This document shows, piece by piece, positions 28,558-38,276 of a stretch of 64,000 nt of DNA (the first letter of the stretch is position 1; each line of letters starts with the position of its first letter). Location of the stretch: NCBI GenBank assembly GCA_903937035.1, contig CAIZXS010000009.1, positions 11,141-75,140 of the forward strand, read 5' to 3'. The DNA is from an uncultured bacterium (GTDB lineage: Bacteria > Patescibacteriota > Minisyncoccia > Moranbacterales > UBA2206). Both the position numbers and the translations under genes were made by a program. The notes under the pieces are model-generated. The model worked only from the letters and a program-made list of their open reading frames with translations, was not told where the DNA came from and ran no database searches.

Positions 28558-30057
28558 ATGAAAGAACTTAAAAAGAATAAGTATAAAATTTTGCGTAACA
28601 GGAGGGTGATGCCGCTTCCTGCGATTTGGAATGGCAAAAGCCAATCGAGTGAGGGCGCAAGAAATATCCATCATGTCGCTCTAAAAAAGATCTGGAATTA
28701 TCTTGAAAATGAAGAAATAATCGCATTTTACATAGGAGAGGAGTGGACTGATATTGGAGAATATATCGCAAAAAGAATGATTGAGGATAAAAAGTATATT
28801 CCCAATGTGTATAAGCTGCAAAGGGAAAGGGGGAGATTCTTGGTTTTGCTTTCAAAGGAAATCCGAAGATTGAAATTGGGCAATCTCAATTTAGACCAAC
28901 TTTTTGCGGAGTATCAAAAAATTGAAAATGCGTGGGTTGATTTTGATCATGTTAATATGCCGACTTGGCTTATCGGAGGTGAATATTTTCAAATAAAGCT
29001 CAAAAACAAGCTGGGTATGTTGGGTATATCAGAAGAAGAGATATATACACTTTTGACACCGAATGAATTATCCTTCAGTGCAAAGGAAGAGTTGGGAATT
29101 TTGAAAATAGCGCTAAAATTAAAAAGTGATTTGCGAAGCAATAAGAAGTGGATTCTTTCAGGTGATGCAAGGAGGGGCATGGCTGCATTGGTAAAAAAAT
29201 ATCATTGGATTCCTTTCGGTTATGATGGTCCAGATCTTTATGATACAAAGTATTATGAAAAAGCCGTGCGAGAAATGGTGGAAAAAATGAATTCAAGAGA
29301 AATTAAGCAAAAAATTGAAAAAATAGACAGCTACAGCTCGAAAATAAAAGAAAGGCAGGGAAAAATTTTTGCAAAATATCACTTATCGAAAGAGCTGAGA
29401 AGACAGATCAAAATCATCCAGACCTTAGCCAAAATGACGGACGAACGAAAGGAGTATACTTTTCAATCGCACATTGCATTTCAAGGTGTAATAGAACATA
29501 TAGCACGAATCTTGGGGCATGATTGCTTGGTGCTAAAGCATCTTATTTTGGATGAGATTAGGCAATATCAGAATGATCCGAAAAAAATTATTAAGTTGGG
29601 AGAAGAAAGAATGAAAAGCCCTGTGATGTTTTATAGGCATGATGGGAAGCTGGACATTATCACTGGCCCAAGAGCGAAAAAAATGTTCAAAGAAATGATT
29701 GGAGAGGATGTCGCTTCGGATGGTTTGATTTTAAAAGGCAGTGTGGGAAGCAAGGGGAGTGTTCCAATTGTGCGAGGAATCGTTAGAATTCTTAGTACAC
29801 CGCAAGAGATGAATAAATTAAAAGACGGAGAAATTTTGGTGACGGCGATGACTACGCCGGAATATGTTCCGGCGATGCGTCGCAGCCTCGCCATCATCAC
29901 CGACGAAGGCGGCGTGACGTGTCACGCGGCGATTGTGAGCCGCGAGCTGGGAAAGCCTGCGATTATCGGCACAAAAATCGCGACAAAATTTTTGAAAAAC
30001 GGAGAGTTCATTGAAATGGATATGAAAAAAGGCCAAATAAAAAAACTAGCCCAATGA
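28558..30057 (+). CDS. PEP-utilizing-enzyme mobile (swivel phosphohistidine) domain protein with a ~380-aa helical N-terminal domain; no ATP-grasp domain
   Basis: The C-terminal 100 aa 'GEILVTAMTTPEYVPAMRRSLAIITDEGGVTCHAAIVSRELGKPAIIGT' match the phosphohistidine swivel domain of PEP synthase, PPDK and rifampin phosphotransferase. Confidence 0.75.
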   Translation: MKELKKNKYKILRNRRVMPLPAIWNGKSQSSEGARNIHHVALKKIWNYLENEEIIAFYIGEEWTDIGEYIAKRMIEDKKYIPNVYKLQRERGRFLVLLSKEIRRLKLGNLNLDQLFAEYQKIENAWVDFDHVNMPTWLIGGEYFQIKLKNKLGMLGISEEEIYTLLTPNELSFSAKEELGILKIALKLKSDLRSNKKWILSGDARRGMAALVKKYHWIPFGYDGPDLYDTKYYEKAVREMVEKMNSREIKQKIEKIDSYSSKIKERQGKIFAKYHLSKELRRQIKIIQTLAKMTDERKEYTFQSHIAFQGVIEHIARILGHDCLVLKHLILDEIRQYQNDPKKIIKLGEERMKSPVMFYRHDGKLDIITGPRAKKMFKEMIGEDVASDGLILKGSVGSKGSVPIVRGIVRILSTPQEMNKLKDGEILVTAMTTPEYVPAMRRSLAIITDEGGVTCHAAIVSRELGKPAIIGTKIATKFLKNGEFIEMDMKKGQIKKLAQ

Positions 30058-30120
30058 TAGTGTGAACACAAGGTTCACGATATATCATTAGGCTAGCGAC
30101 GTAGTTGGTTGGTTTGCCAA

Positions 30121-30624
30121 TTACATTTGGAGTGCGGGGTCAAAAACTCCATATGCAATCATCTGATCAATCTGACGAATTTCTCCGTCATTACAGAGGA
30201 TGCGATATACTGCCGCGCTCTTTCCGTTGATGCCCAAGGCGATCATGAAAGGTCTGCCGGAACAAACCACAGTTTTATCTGCAAGCCCTGTGATAAACCT
30301 TTTTGCAGATACGGAGTTGTCGGCGAGGGAGGTGTACAGGGCGATATTGATATGGGTTCCATCGGACAGGATTACAATTTTTTCACCGTCAATGACTTCC
30401 ATGCTGTCGGGATCGCCAACAACGGAAGAATAACGACGGATTTCATTGTAATTCAGTGCTGTGGCCACATCAAGATGGCGTCCCCCGGTTCCAACAACCA
30501 AAACGGGTATTTTTACGGGAAGGAGGTGGCGGAGAGATGCGATTTCTTCAAATCCCTTGGGAGTCATGCGGGGATTTGGGCCATTAGTCTTATCACCATG
30601 AGTTACTACAAAAATTTCGTTCAT
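30121..30624 (-). CDS. Small SixA-like histidine-phosphatase-fold protein (degenerate RHG as THG)
   Basis: 167 aa. 'FVVTHGDK', then 'MTPKGFEEIASL', then 'VLVVGTGGRHLDVATAL', matching the SixA layout RHGDA...PLT.xG...LVSPFxRAxQT. Assignment is tentative. Confidence 0.35.
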   Translation of the reverse strand: MNEIFVVTHGDKTNGPNPRMTPKGFEEIASLRHLLPVKIPVLVVGTGGRHLDVATALNYNEIRRYSSVVGDPDSMEVIDGEKIVILSDGTHINIALYTSLADNSVSAKRFITGLADKTVVCSGRPFMIALGINGKSAAVYRILCNDGEIRQIDQMIAYGVFDPALQM

Positions 30625-30714
30625 TCTCGGGTCCTTTCATAATTGCTATTGGTTTGTAAAATGTACTTCCAAGCTTTTTATTTTAACTGCTAATTATATA
30701 TCAAATTCAGCTAA

Positions 30715-33700
30715 TTGTCAAGCCGTCGCTTAGCTAGAGCTGATTTGAGCCTCAATATGCTTACAAAAAACTTCCAACAACTATCCAAATCAGACGCTCA
30801 AATCGCCGGTGGCAAAGGTGCGTCACTTGGCGAAATGACAAACGCGGGAATTCCAGTTCCACCCGGCTTTGTCGTGCTTTCTGATGCTTTCGAACAGTTC
30901 CTTGCCGAAACGGATTTGAATGTGGAAATTGAGGCAATTCTCAAAACTGTGGATAATCAGAAAATGCATACGGTGGAAAATGCGTCAGAAGAAATTCAAG
31001 CGCTAATTCTCCAAGCTAAGATGCCGGAAGATATTGCAAAAGAGATTCAGGAAAACTTCAAAAAACTAGATGCCAAGTTTGTAGCCGTGAGATCAAGTGC
31101 CACCGCCGAAGATGGTGCAGAAGCGGCCTGGGCTGGGCAGCTAGACAGTTATCTCAATACGAACCAAGAAGCACTTCTCAGAAACGTCCAAAAATGTTGG
31201 GCGTCACTTTTCACGCCGAGAGCCATCTTTTATCGCTTTGAAAAAAAACTGCACAAGCAAAAAATATCCGTGGCAGTGGTCGTGCAAAAAATGATCCAAA
31301 GTGAAATTTCTGGCATCGCTTTTTCCGTTCATCCAGTCACCGAGGATTATAATCAAATGATTATCGAAGCTGGCTTTGGTTTGGGCGAAGCGATTGTTTC
31401 CGGGTCAATTACGCCGGATGCCTATGTGGTGAGCAAAAATCCGAGAAAAATAGAGGACATCAATATTTCCCAGCAGCCCAAGGGACTTTTTAGAAAAAAA
31501 GATGGCGGAAATGCCTGGCAAGATATTCCCGAGAAAGAAGGCAAAAAACAAAAACTATCAAAAAAACAAATCCTGGAATTGTCAGATCTAATCATAAAAA
31601 TCGAAGACCACTATCAATTCCCGGTGGACATTGAGTGGGCATATGAAAACAAGAAATTCTATATTGTGCAATCGAGACCGATTACGACGCTTATCAAAAA
31701 GTTGGGAGATATGCCAAAGAAAAATGTTGGCAGTGGAAGTGGAATCTTGGAGAATAATTTAGGCAAAAAGGATGGAAAAGTAATTGGGAAATTGTCGGAC
31801 TACCAACAAATGTTTAAATGGCAAAATTCTCTTCCTTATCTCGTAACGTCACTTTTTTTGACTTACTATAAAAAATTAGATGTTTTGATTCTGTCTGATC
31901 CTAAGTTGTGGGTAGCATATTTGCCTCTATCGAAAATGGAAAAAACTCACCAAGATGGGTTTAAGATTTATGGTGACAAAAAAAGATATGCAGAGTATAG
32001 GGATGACTTTAAGAAGTATATGGAAAATTCCGAGAAGTTCTTTAAGAATGTTATCCACAGTAAAGATTTGGACAAAAGCCAGACAAGAGAATTCTTGAAT
32101 AGGGTGGCAAAACTTTTTTCGTATTATTCAAAAGCAGAATTTTTTTATACTGAAAAGGCATACTTTGAGCAGGAGAATAACCTGGCTATCAAAGAAAATT
32201 TTGCAACTTTTGAGCAGCTAAAAATAGATGGTCGAAAATTTTTGAATAAAATATTTTTCGAAAAAGATACCTACTTGCTCCAACTAATGAATAGATTATC
32301 CGAAAAATTCAAAATTTCATCAGATTTTCTTCTGACATATAATCAACAAGAAATTCTCGATTTGTTTGAGGGGGGTATTGTGGATGAAAAAATAATTTTG
32401 CAAAGAAAAAGAGCGTATATTTCAAAAGGAAAAAAGGAGGGGATTGCTAGTTATCATGGAACGGAAGCGGAGAAAATGATTAAAGAATTTAATTCGGAGC
32501 AATCTGAAAGCGGAAATGTGTTGAAAGGGCAAGTTGCCAATAAGGGATATGCGAAAGGCGAAGCTCGAGTTTTTAAATTTGGCTTGAATGATTTTCATCT
32601 ATTGAAAGAAATGATTGATTCTATGAAAAAGGGAGAAATATTGGTAGCTGAAACTACGGCGCCTGAAATAATGGTAGCTTGCCAAAAAGCTAGCGCTATC
32701 GTGACTAATCAGGGAGGCATGATGAGTCATGCAGCGATTATTTCACGAGAAATCGGCATCCCGTGTATTGTGGGGACAAGTATTGCAACAGAGGTTATCC
32801 AAAATGGCGATTTGGTGGAAGTGGATGCTAATGAGGGAGTGGTGAGAATTTTAAGAAGAAACTCTGATGAAGAAAGTGGAATTGTTTTCAACAAAAAGTA
32901 TGAGCGTGTTTTTGGCGGACCGAATATGTCGTTTCTAATTTCGGATATTATTACGGATGTGTATGCCCCAAAATATGGATTCGTGACGATGTATAAAAAT
33001 TCCATTTGGACATGCTACATGCCCATTGAAGAAAAAAACAAAACTTTAGCAGAAGGAGCGGAGTTGTATGAGAATATGGAGAAGTATGAGGAATTTAGAA
33101 GTGAATATCTGAAATTTATTGATGCTTATGATAAACACTTTCGCGAAATATTTAATCCAAATAAAGTTATTACCAAAGAAATATTTGAAGCGCTTATTGA
33201 TCTATTTAAAAAAGCGGAGTCATATTATGCATATACGCAATATTTCTACACCGATGGGATTTCCCAAGCAAATAAAGAATTTGAAGTAGAATTTGGAGCT
33301 CTCAAAGAAAAGGGTCGAGAACTTTTGAATAGGCAATATTTTTCTGGCAATAATTACCTAAACGAAGTCCTTGAGGCAGTTTCTAAGATAATAGCTATTA
33401 AAAAAGATGAACTGTATAATTATGCCTGGCAGGATATTAGTTTGCTTTGGAATAGCAATAATGCCAAAAAAGACATTCGTAAATGGGAAACTTATGTCAC
33501 GTATCCAATAAATGGGTCCAAGAGCACTGCCTTTGAATCGGAAGCTTTGGAAATTATTGATCAATTTTTATCAAATCATAACGATCACCGTGAAATACTG
33601 AGTGGCACGGTTGCCAATAGGGGCAAAGTCGTGGGTAATGCTTATGTTCTTGATAAGGGCTATGATCACAGGGGTATCGGAAAATTTATTGATGAGATGG

Positions 33701-35241
33701 AAAAAGGCGCTATTCTTATCACTGAGACAACTTCGCCTGAGATCATGACTGCTTGCGAGAAAGCCAGCGCAATTGTGGCTAATCAAGGAGGACTGATGTC
33801 GCACGCCGCCATCGTTTCTCGGGAATTAGACATCCCTTGCATTGTCGGATTGGAGGGAGCGACTGAAATTATAAAGAATGGTGATTTGGTTGAAGTGGAT
33901 GCGGATAATGGAATCGTTAGGATTTTGGAAAAGGCGAAAAATGATGAATATTTCAAGTTCAAATTTCCGGCCTATCGGTATTTTATGGCAAATAGGCTGA
34001 TTCCTACTTTTAAATATGAAGGGGTCTATTTATGGGGGGAGATATTTGGCGAATATTCTTTCGATGGTATACACAGAACTTGCACTAATAAAAACGTTCT
34101 CCTTGAGCCGGGAAAAAAACTTTTTGCGCTACTGAAAAAAGGTGATCAAAAACTGGAAAAAGAACTTCTTGCGCTTGTGAATAAGATTATTCCATTGGCA
34201 AGAGATCTTCAAGAAATTATCTTGAGAGATAAGCTCACCGGTCATGTTTCCAATCTCAATGATTTTTTCCCCAATTACGAGAAAGTATTCAATAAAGCCT
34301 TGGCGTTCGGTTATCCTCTTGATTATGCTATTGATGAATATCTCAAGAAAGATGCTTCGCTCTCAGAAAATTTGCAATCCCCATACAGTTCTTTTTTGAT
34401 GGAGGAGGAATATGAATTGTATGAAATATTTTCAAAAAAATATAAAAAACCAGAACTAGGCAGGGCACTTGAGCGCCACCTGGCGAAATATGCTTGGATT
34501 AAATCTGATTATCAAGGAGAAAATGTGCTGACAATTGATGATTTATATGCAAAAGAAGCTCGGCTGATGGATACGAAACAGGAAAAAACCAAAAGTGTCG
34601 GTGGAAAAATTTCCGCTCCAAAAAATTTGCAGGAATGGATTTCTCTTCTGATATATTTGAGAGATGTGAGAAAAAAAGTAGGGATGATTGGTGTGGTTTT
34701 GCTAGACCGATATTTAAAGCAGGAATGTCAAAGATTGAAAAAAGATTATCTGAAAGCCAGACTGTTATCGGTGGCAGAGTTTGAGCAGTATAAAAATAAA
34801 AAACTTCCGGAATATCTGGACAAAAGAAATGAACGCATGTCTCCTGATGGCATAGAAATTATACCCAATGAAAAATGGCAAAAGTATCCCTTTAATCAAG
34901 AAGTGGTGGTGGACAAGGAAAAGCTTTTAACAGGAGTGGTTGCCAATAAAGGTAAGGTTAAGGGAATAGCAAGGATAATCATTGGAAAACACGATTTTCA
35001 TAAGATGGGAAAAGGAGAGATTATCGTTGCTTCAATGACTAGACCGGAATTTATGCCAATTCTCAGAAAAGCTTCTGCCATACTAACTGAGCAGGGTGGC
35101 ATCACTTGTCACGCAGCGATTATCTCAAGAGAGTTGGGTGTGCCTTGTATTATTGGTATCGAAAATCTGACAGCGGCATTGAAGGACGGAGATTTGGTGG
35201 AAGTAGACGCGGATAATGGGGTGGTTAGAATTTTGAAATAA
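30715..35241 (+). CDS. Giant multidomain phosphotransferase: PEP-synthase-type N-terminal ATP-grasp (PPDK_N) domain plus three [helical domain + swivel phosphohistidine domain] modules
   Basis: 1508 aa; the track ORF starts at a TTG at 30715, and the first ATG is at 30757. Residues 1-325 match PEP synthase/RPH ATP-binding domains ('AQIAGGKGASLGEM', 'VAVRSSATAEDG', 'FSVHPVTED', 'YIVQSRPIT'). Swivel domains with catalytic His lie at ~nt 32560-32850 (QGGMMSHAAIISRE), 33600-33920 (QGGLMSHAAIVSRE) and 34920-35238 (QGGITCHAAIISRE). Confidence 0.8.
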   Translation: MSSRRLARADLSLNMLTKNFQQLSKSDAQIAGGKGASLGEMTNAGIPVPPGFVVLSDAFEQFLAETDLNVEIEAILKTVDNQKMHTVENASEEIQALILQAKMPEDIAKEIQENFKKLDAKFVAVRSSATAEDGAEAAWAGQLDSYLNTNQEALLRNVQKCWASLFTPRAIFYRFEKKLHKQKISVAVVVQKMIQSEISGIAFSVHPVTEDYNQMIIEAGFGLGEAIVSGSITPDAYVVSKNPRKIEDINISQQPKGLFRKKDGGNAWQDIPEKEGKKQKLSKKQILELSDLIIKIEDHYQFPVDIEWAYENKKFYIVQSRPITTLIKKLGDMPKKNVGSGSGILENNLGKKDGKVIGKLSDYQQMFKWQNSLPYLVTSLFLTYYKKLDVLILSDPKLWVAYLPLSKMEKTHQDGFKIYGDKKRYAEYRDDFKKYMENSEKFFKNVIHSKDLDKSQTREFLNRVAKLFSYYSKAEFFYTEKAYFEQENNLAIKENFATFEQLKIDGRKFLNKIFFEKDTYLLQLMNRLSEKFKISSDFLLTYNQQEILDLFEGGIVDEKIILQRKRAYISKGKKEGIASYHGTEAEKMIKEFNSEQSESGNVLKGQVANKGYAKGEARVFKFGLNDFHLLKEMIDSMKKGEILVAETTAPEIMVACQKASAIVTNQGGMMSHAAIISREIGIPCIVGTSIATEVIQNGDLVEVDANEGVVRILRRNSDEESGIVFNKKYERVFGGPNMSFLISDIITDVYAPKYGFVTMYKNSIWTCYMPIEEKNKTLAEGAELYENMEKYEEFRSEYLKFIDAYDKHFREIFNPNKVITKEIFEALIDLFKKAESYYAYTQYFYTDGISQANKEFEVEFGALKEKGRELLNRQYFSGNNYLNEVLEAVSKIIAIKKDELYNYAWQDISLLWNSNNAKKDIRKWETYVTYPINGSKSTAFESEALEIIDQFLSNHNDHREILSGTVANRGKVVGNAYVLDKGYDHRGIGKFIDEMEKGAILITETTSPEIMTACEKASAIVANQGGLMSHAAIVSRELDIPCIVGLEGATEIIKNGDLVEVDADNGIVRILEKAKNDEYFKFKFPAYRYFMANRLIPTFKYEGVYLWGEIFGEYSFDGIHRTCTNKNVLLEPGKKLFALLKKGDQKLEKELLALVNKIIPLARDLQEIILRDKLTGHVSNLNDFFPNYEKVFNKALAFGYPLDYAIDEYLKKDASLSENLQSPYSSFLMEEEYELYEIFSKKYKKPELGRALERHLAKYAWIKSDYQGENVLTIDDLYAKEARLMDTKQEKTKSVGGKISAPKNLQEWISLLIYLRDVRKKVGMIGVVLLDRYLKQECQRLKKDYLKARLLSVAEFEQYKNKKLPEYLDKRNERMSPDGIEIIPNEKWQKYPFNQEVVVDKEKLLTGVVANKGKVKGIARIIIGKHDFHKMGKGEIIVASMTRPEFMPILRKASAILTEQGGITCHAAIISRELGVPCIIGIENLTAALKDGDLVEVDADNGVVRILK

Positions 35242-35276
35242 AAAAACAGCCCAATCTCTCGCAGGAGATTGGGCTG
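35241..35276 (-). terminator. Terminator (T-run on the minus strand) after the LMW-PTP gene; may also pause plus-strand transcription from the giant gene
   Basis: CAGCCCAATCTC-tcgcag-GAGATTGGGCTG, with an A7 run on the plus strand, which is a T7 run on the minus strand. Confidence 0.6.
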
Positions 35277-35288
35277 AGGTTGTGGCGG

Positions 35289-35735
35289 TTATTTTTCAGA
35301 AAACCGGCGCGTTACCACCCTGTACATCTTGGCCATGACGTTTTCGGCAACTTCGTCATGGTCTCGCTGGTCGCTGGATGGCCAGGGGTTGGAGAGTTGA
35401 ATGTTAAAGATCTTTTCGGTTGGTACCTTATACTTCCCGAAAAGTTCTCCGGCTACCGTCTCATCCACGCAAACGATGAGTTCATATCGTGATAGATCAA
35501 GTGAGCCGACCCATCTTTTCTGGTGGCCAGAGAGATCAAGCCCTAACCGTTTGGCAGAAACTACGCCATTAGGACTGGCGGAGCCACCGTTCTTGGTGAA
35601 CTCCATCATTCCAGCGCTTTCTACCGTAACTTCATGGCCAGCGTTTTGGAGATACATCCCCAGAACGGCAGCCATAAGCGGGCTGCGATCGGAATTGCCA
35701 ATACATACACAAAGAACTTGTTTGATATTAAGCAC
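35289..35735 (-). CDS. Low-molecular-weight protein tyrosine phosphatase / arsenate-reductase-fold phosphatase
   Basis: 148 aa with an N-terminal P-loop 'VLCVCIGNSDRSPLMAAVL' (CX4-5R, CxGNxxRS signature). Confidence 0.75.
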   Translation of the reverse strand: MLNIKQVLCVCIGNSDRSPLMAAVLGMYLQNAGHEVTVESAGMMEFTKNGGSASPNGVVSAKRLGLDLSGHQKRWVGSLDLSRYELIVCVDETVAGELFGKYKVPTEKIFNIQLSNPWPSSDQRDHDEVAENVMAKMYRVVTRRFSEK

Positions 35736-35897
35736 TATTCACCTCACTGGTTGATTGTTTTGCCATTGTGGCACATGAAAACTACTTTCCTCGACTGACC
35801 CAATAGTATAGCATATCTAGCGTAAAAAGTCAAATGTCAGTTTGATTTTATGGTTTAAATGGGGTAGTATTGAGTAAGATTGGATAATTTTTGATGT

Positions 35898-37388
35898 ATG
35901 GAGAGGAAAAATAGCTATCAAAAAATGTGGGGAGCGCACGCGATGGGCGTTTTTTGGGGTGAGCTGGTGATGCGCAATTTTTCTAGGAAGAATAAATATA
36001 AAACGGTGGCCGGTATCAGCGAAAAAAACGCTGTTTTTTATTATCACAAAAGCGTGGGAACAGCATTTTATAATTCAGTTCCCGAAATGGACGTATCGGG
36101 CGCAATTGGTCGGGAAAGATTTTCTAATCAAAAAGAACTAAAGAAATATATTGAAAATTCCAAGGAGGCTATTGGAAAATCTGATGCATTGTATTTTGAC
36201 GTGTTAAAAGAAGACTTAGATAAAAAGAACGCTAGAGCGCTTTTCAACCTATTGGAAGCGCAAGCAGATTGTTTTAATGAGATATACAGCTACTATCATG
36301 CTTGTCAGCCACAATATTTTTCTGAAATAGAAAAAGATATAAAATTATATCTGGCTAAAAAAGGACTGAGTCGAGAGGCTAATTATTATATCGGCTTACT
36401 TTCTTCTCAGGAAGAATTGGATGTGATCGCCAAAGAGGAAGTTGAATGGCTGACTATTGCCAGGATGATGCAAGAAAAAAAGTTAGATAGGGCTTCATTG
36501 GTCGAAGCTAGCGAGATGGAAAATAAATTAAAAAGGCATATTGATAAATATATGTCTTTAGGTAGCGGGGAGGGAGGGCGACCATGGGATAAAAAGTATT
36601 ATTGGGGTATTTTTGAAAAAATTGATTTTGATATTAATAAGAAGATATCAGATATTAATGAAAGAAAAAAAGTCTTAATGCAAGAAAAAGAGGCATTTAT
36701 TCGGGAGAAAGAAATTTCCAATGAGGTCGTGGAACTTGCCAATGCCGTGGGAAAACTTGGCATGCTGCGATTGGAGATTCGTCTCAGTTGGATGCGGTTT
36801 AGTCACACTATTACCAACACGCTTTTAGCGCTGGGGAAAGAAATTAGTCTTGATAATATCTTGGAAATAAGGATGGATGAAATCAGGAACATAATAGAAA
36901 ATAACGATCATGCAGTGACGGAAGAAGAAATAAAAAGACGCCAGGAAGCCTTTTTGTTTTTAGTTGAAAATGAAGAGGAAAAATTATTCATTGGAAATGA
37001 AGCGATTAGTCTCAAGGAAAAGCTTGTGCCTTCCGAGATTTCAGACACTTTGGAGATAAAAGGATTTGTGGCTTGCAAGGGTATGGTTCGAGGGAAAGTT
37101 TTTATGATTGATTGGAATAATAAAAATCTGACTGAAGCGATGAGAAACATGGCGGAAGGAGCTATTCTAATAGCTGGACAAACCAGACCTCAGCTTATGC
37201 CAGTTATCAAAAAAGCGGCGGCGATTGTAACTGATGAAGGAGGGATTATGTGTCACGCTGCTATTGTTTCCCGTGAGCTCAACATTCCTTGCATCATCGG
37301 CACCAAAATCGCTACCCAAGTTCTCAAAGATGGTGATTTGGTGGAGGTTGACGCAAATGAGGGAATTGTTAGAATTATAAAGAATTAA
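35898..37388 (+). CDS. PEP-utilizing-enzyme mobile domain protein (helical N-domain + swivel phosphohistidine domain)
   Basis: 496 aa with C-terminal 'GAILIAGQTRPQLMPVIKKAAAIVTDEGGIMCHAAIVSRELNIPCIIGT'. Same modular layout as 28558 and 38277. Confidence 0.75.
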   Translation: MERKNSYQKMWGAHAMGVFWGELVMRNFSRKNKYKTVAGISEKNAVFYYHKSVGTAFYNSVPEMDVSGAIGRERFSNQKELKKYIENSKEAIGKSDALYFDVLKEDLDKKNARALFNLLEAQADCFNEIYSYYHACQPQYFSEIEKDIKLYLAKKGLSREANYYIGLLSSQEELDVIAKEEVEWLTIARMMQEKKLDRASLVEASEMENKLKRHIDKYMSLGSGEGGRPWDKKYYWGIFEKIDFDINKKISDINERKKVLMQEKEAFIREKEISNEVVELANAVGKLGMLRLEIRLSWMRFSHTITNTLLALGKEISLDNILEIRMDEIRNIIENNDHAVTEEEIKRRQEAFLFLVENEEEKLFIGNEAISLKEKLVPSEISDTLEIKGFVACKGMVRGKVFMIDWNNKNLTEAMRNMAEGAILIAGQTRPQLMPVIKKAAAIVTDEGGIMCHAAIVSRELNIPCIIGTKIATQVLKDGDLVEVDANEGIVRIIKN

Positions 37389-37412
37389 AAATAATTAATT
37401 AATAAAAAAAAT

Positions 37413-38258
37413 ATGGAACAAAACGAATCAAGTATGTTTATGACTCGGCACACGATAAAGCCCAAAGGCGAGGATCTTAAATCGGAAAGATATCCTGGCG
37501 CGTCTGAGCGTGGCGTAGATTTGGCAAAAGAGAGAGCGAAGGAAGAGATCTTGAGTTTGATTGAAAAGGCAAAACCAGGAACAGTGGTGATTATTAGCGG
37601 TGCGTCTGAAGTGGACAGAACAAAATCAGCCGGAGAAATATATGGGGATGAGCTCCAGGAGTTACTCAAGGATAATCCGGGCTATCTGGTTGTCACAAGA
37701 AGCGAAGTTCAAGACATGTTGAGTCAAAAAGATGGCAAGGCACTTGATAAATTAGCAGAAATTGTTAGAAGTAATCCTGATAAAAAGATTGTTATTGATT
37801 TTCCATTATTCTTGAAAGAATTTGGTTTCGGTGCTGGGAGGTGGACAGAAAAAGATGGAAATCTTACAAAATATTTTCAAGCATTGTTAGAAAAACACAA
37901 TAATGATGAAATGGCATGCGTCAAGGATTGGATTGAAAATGAAGGACGCATTGATGGGTCGTCTTTGCAAGGACCGAATCCAGCTGAGATGGCAAAAGAG
38001 CACATCGAGGGACTAAAAAGAATTAATGATTTTGCTCGAAAACTGATTGGAGGGAGTCGGCCAATTATGGTGGGCGGTGTAGGGCATAGTGTGAATTTGG
38101 ATGCTACCGCAATATATTTGTCCAATAATGGTCAAGTAACAATGGAGGGATTTGAAAAACTAGGTGGGGAGTTGATAAAAGAAACCGAACTGATGCAGTT
38201 AGAGACAAAAGATGGAAAGACCATCTTCAATTACAGAGGCAAGGAATTTATTGTTTAG
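37413..38258 (+). CDS. Histidine phosphatase superfamily-like protein (paralog of 27693)
   Basis: 281 aa. 'FMTRHTIKPKG', 'VVIISGASEVDRTKSAGEI' and a second His in 'MVGGVGHSVNLDATAI'. Confidence 0.5.
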   Translation: MEQNESSMFMTRHTIKPKGEDLKSERYPGASERGVDLAKERAKEEILSLIEKAKPGTVVIISGASEVDRTKSAGEIYGDELQELLKDNPGYLVVTRSEVQDMLSQKDGKALDKLAEIVRSNPDKKIVIDFPLFLKEFGFGAGRWTEKDGNLTKYFQALLEKHNNDEMACVKDWIENEGRIDGSSLQGPNPAEMAKEHIEGLKRINDFARKLIGGSRPIMVGGVGHSVNLDATAIYLSNNGQVTMEGFEKLGGELIKETELMQLETKDGKTIFNYRGKEFIV

Positions 38259-38276
38259 TCTGCTAATTAGTAAATC

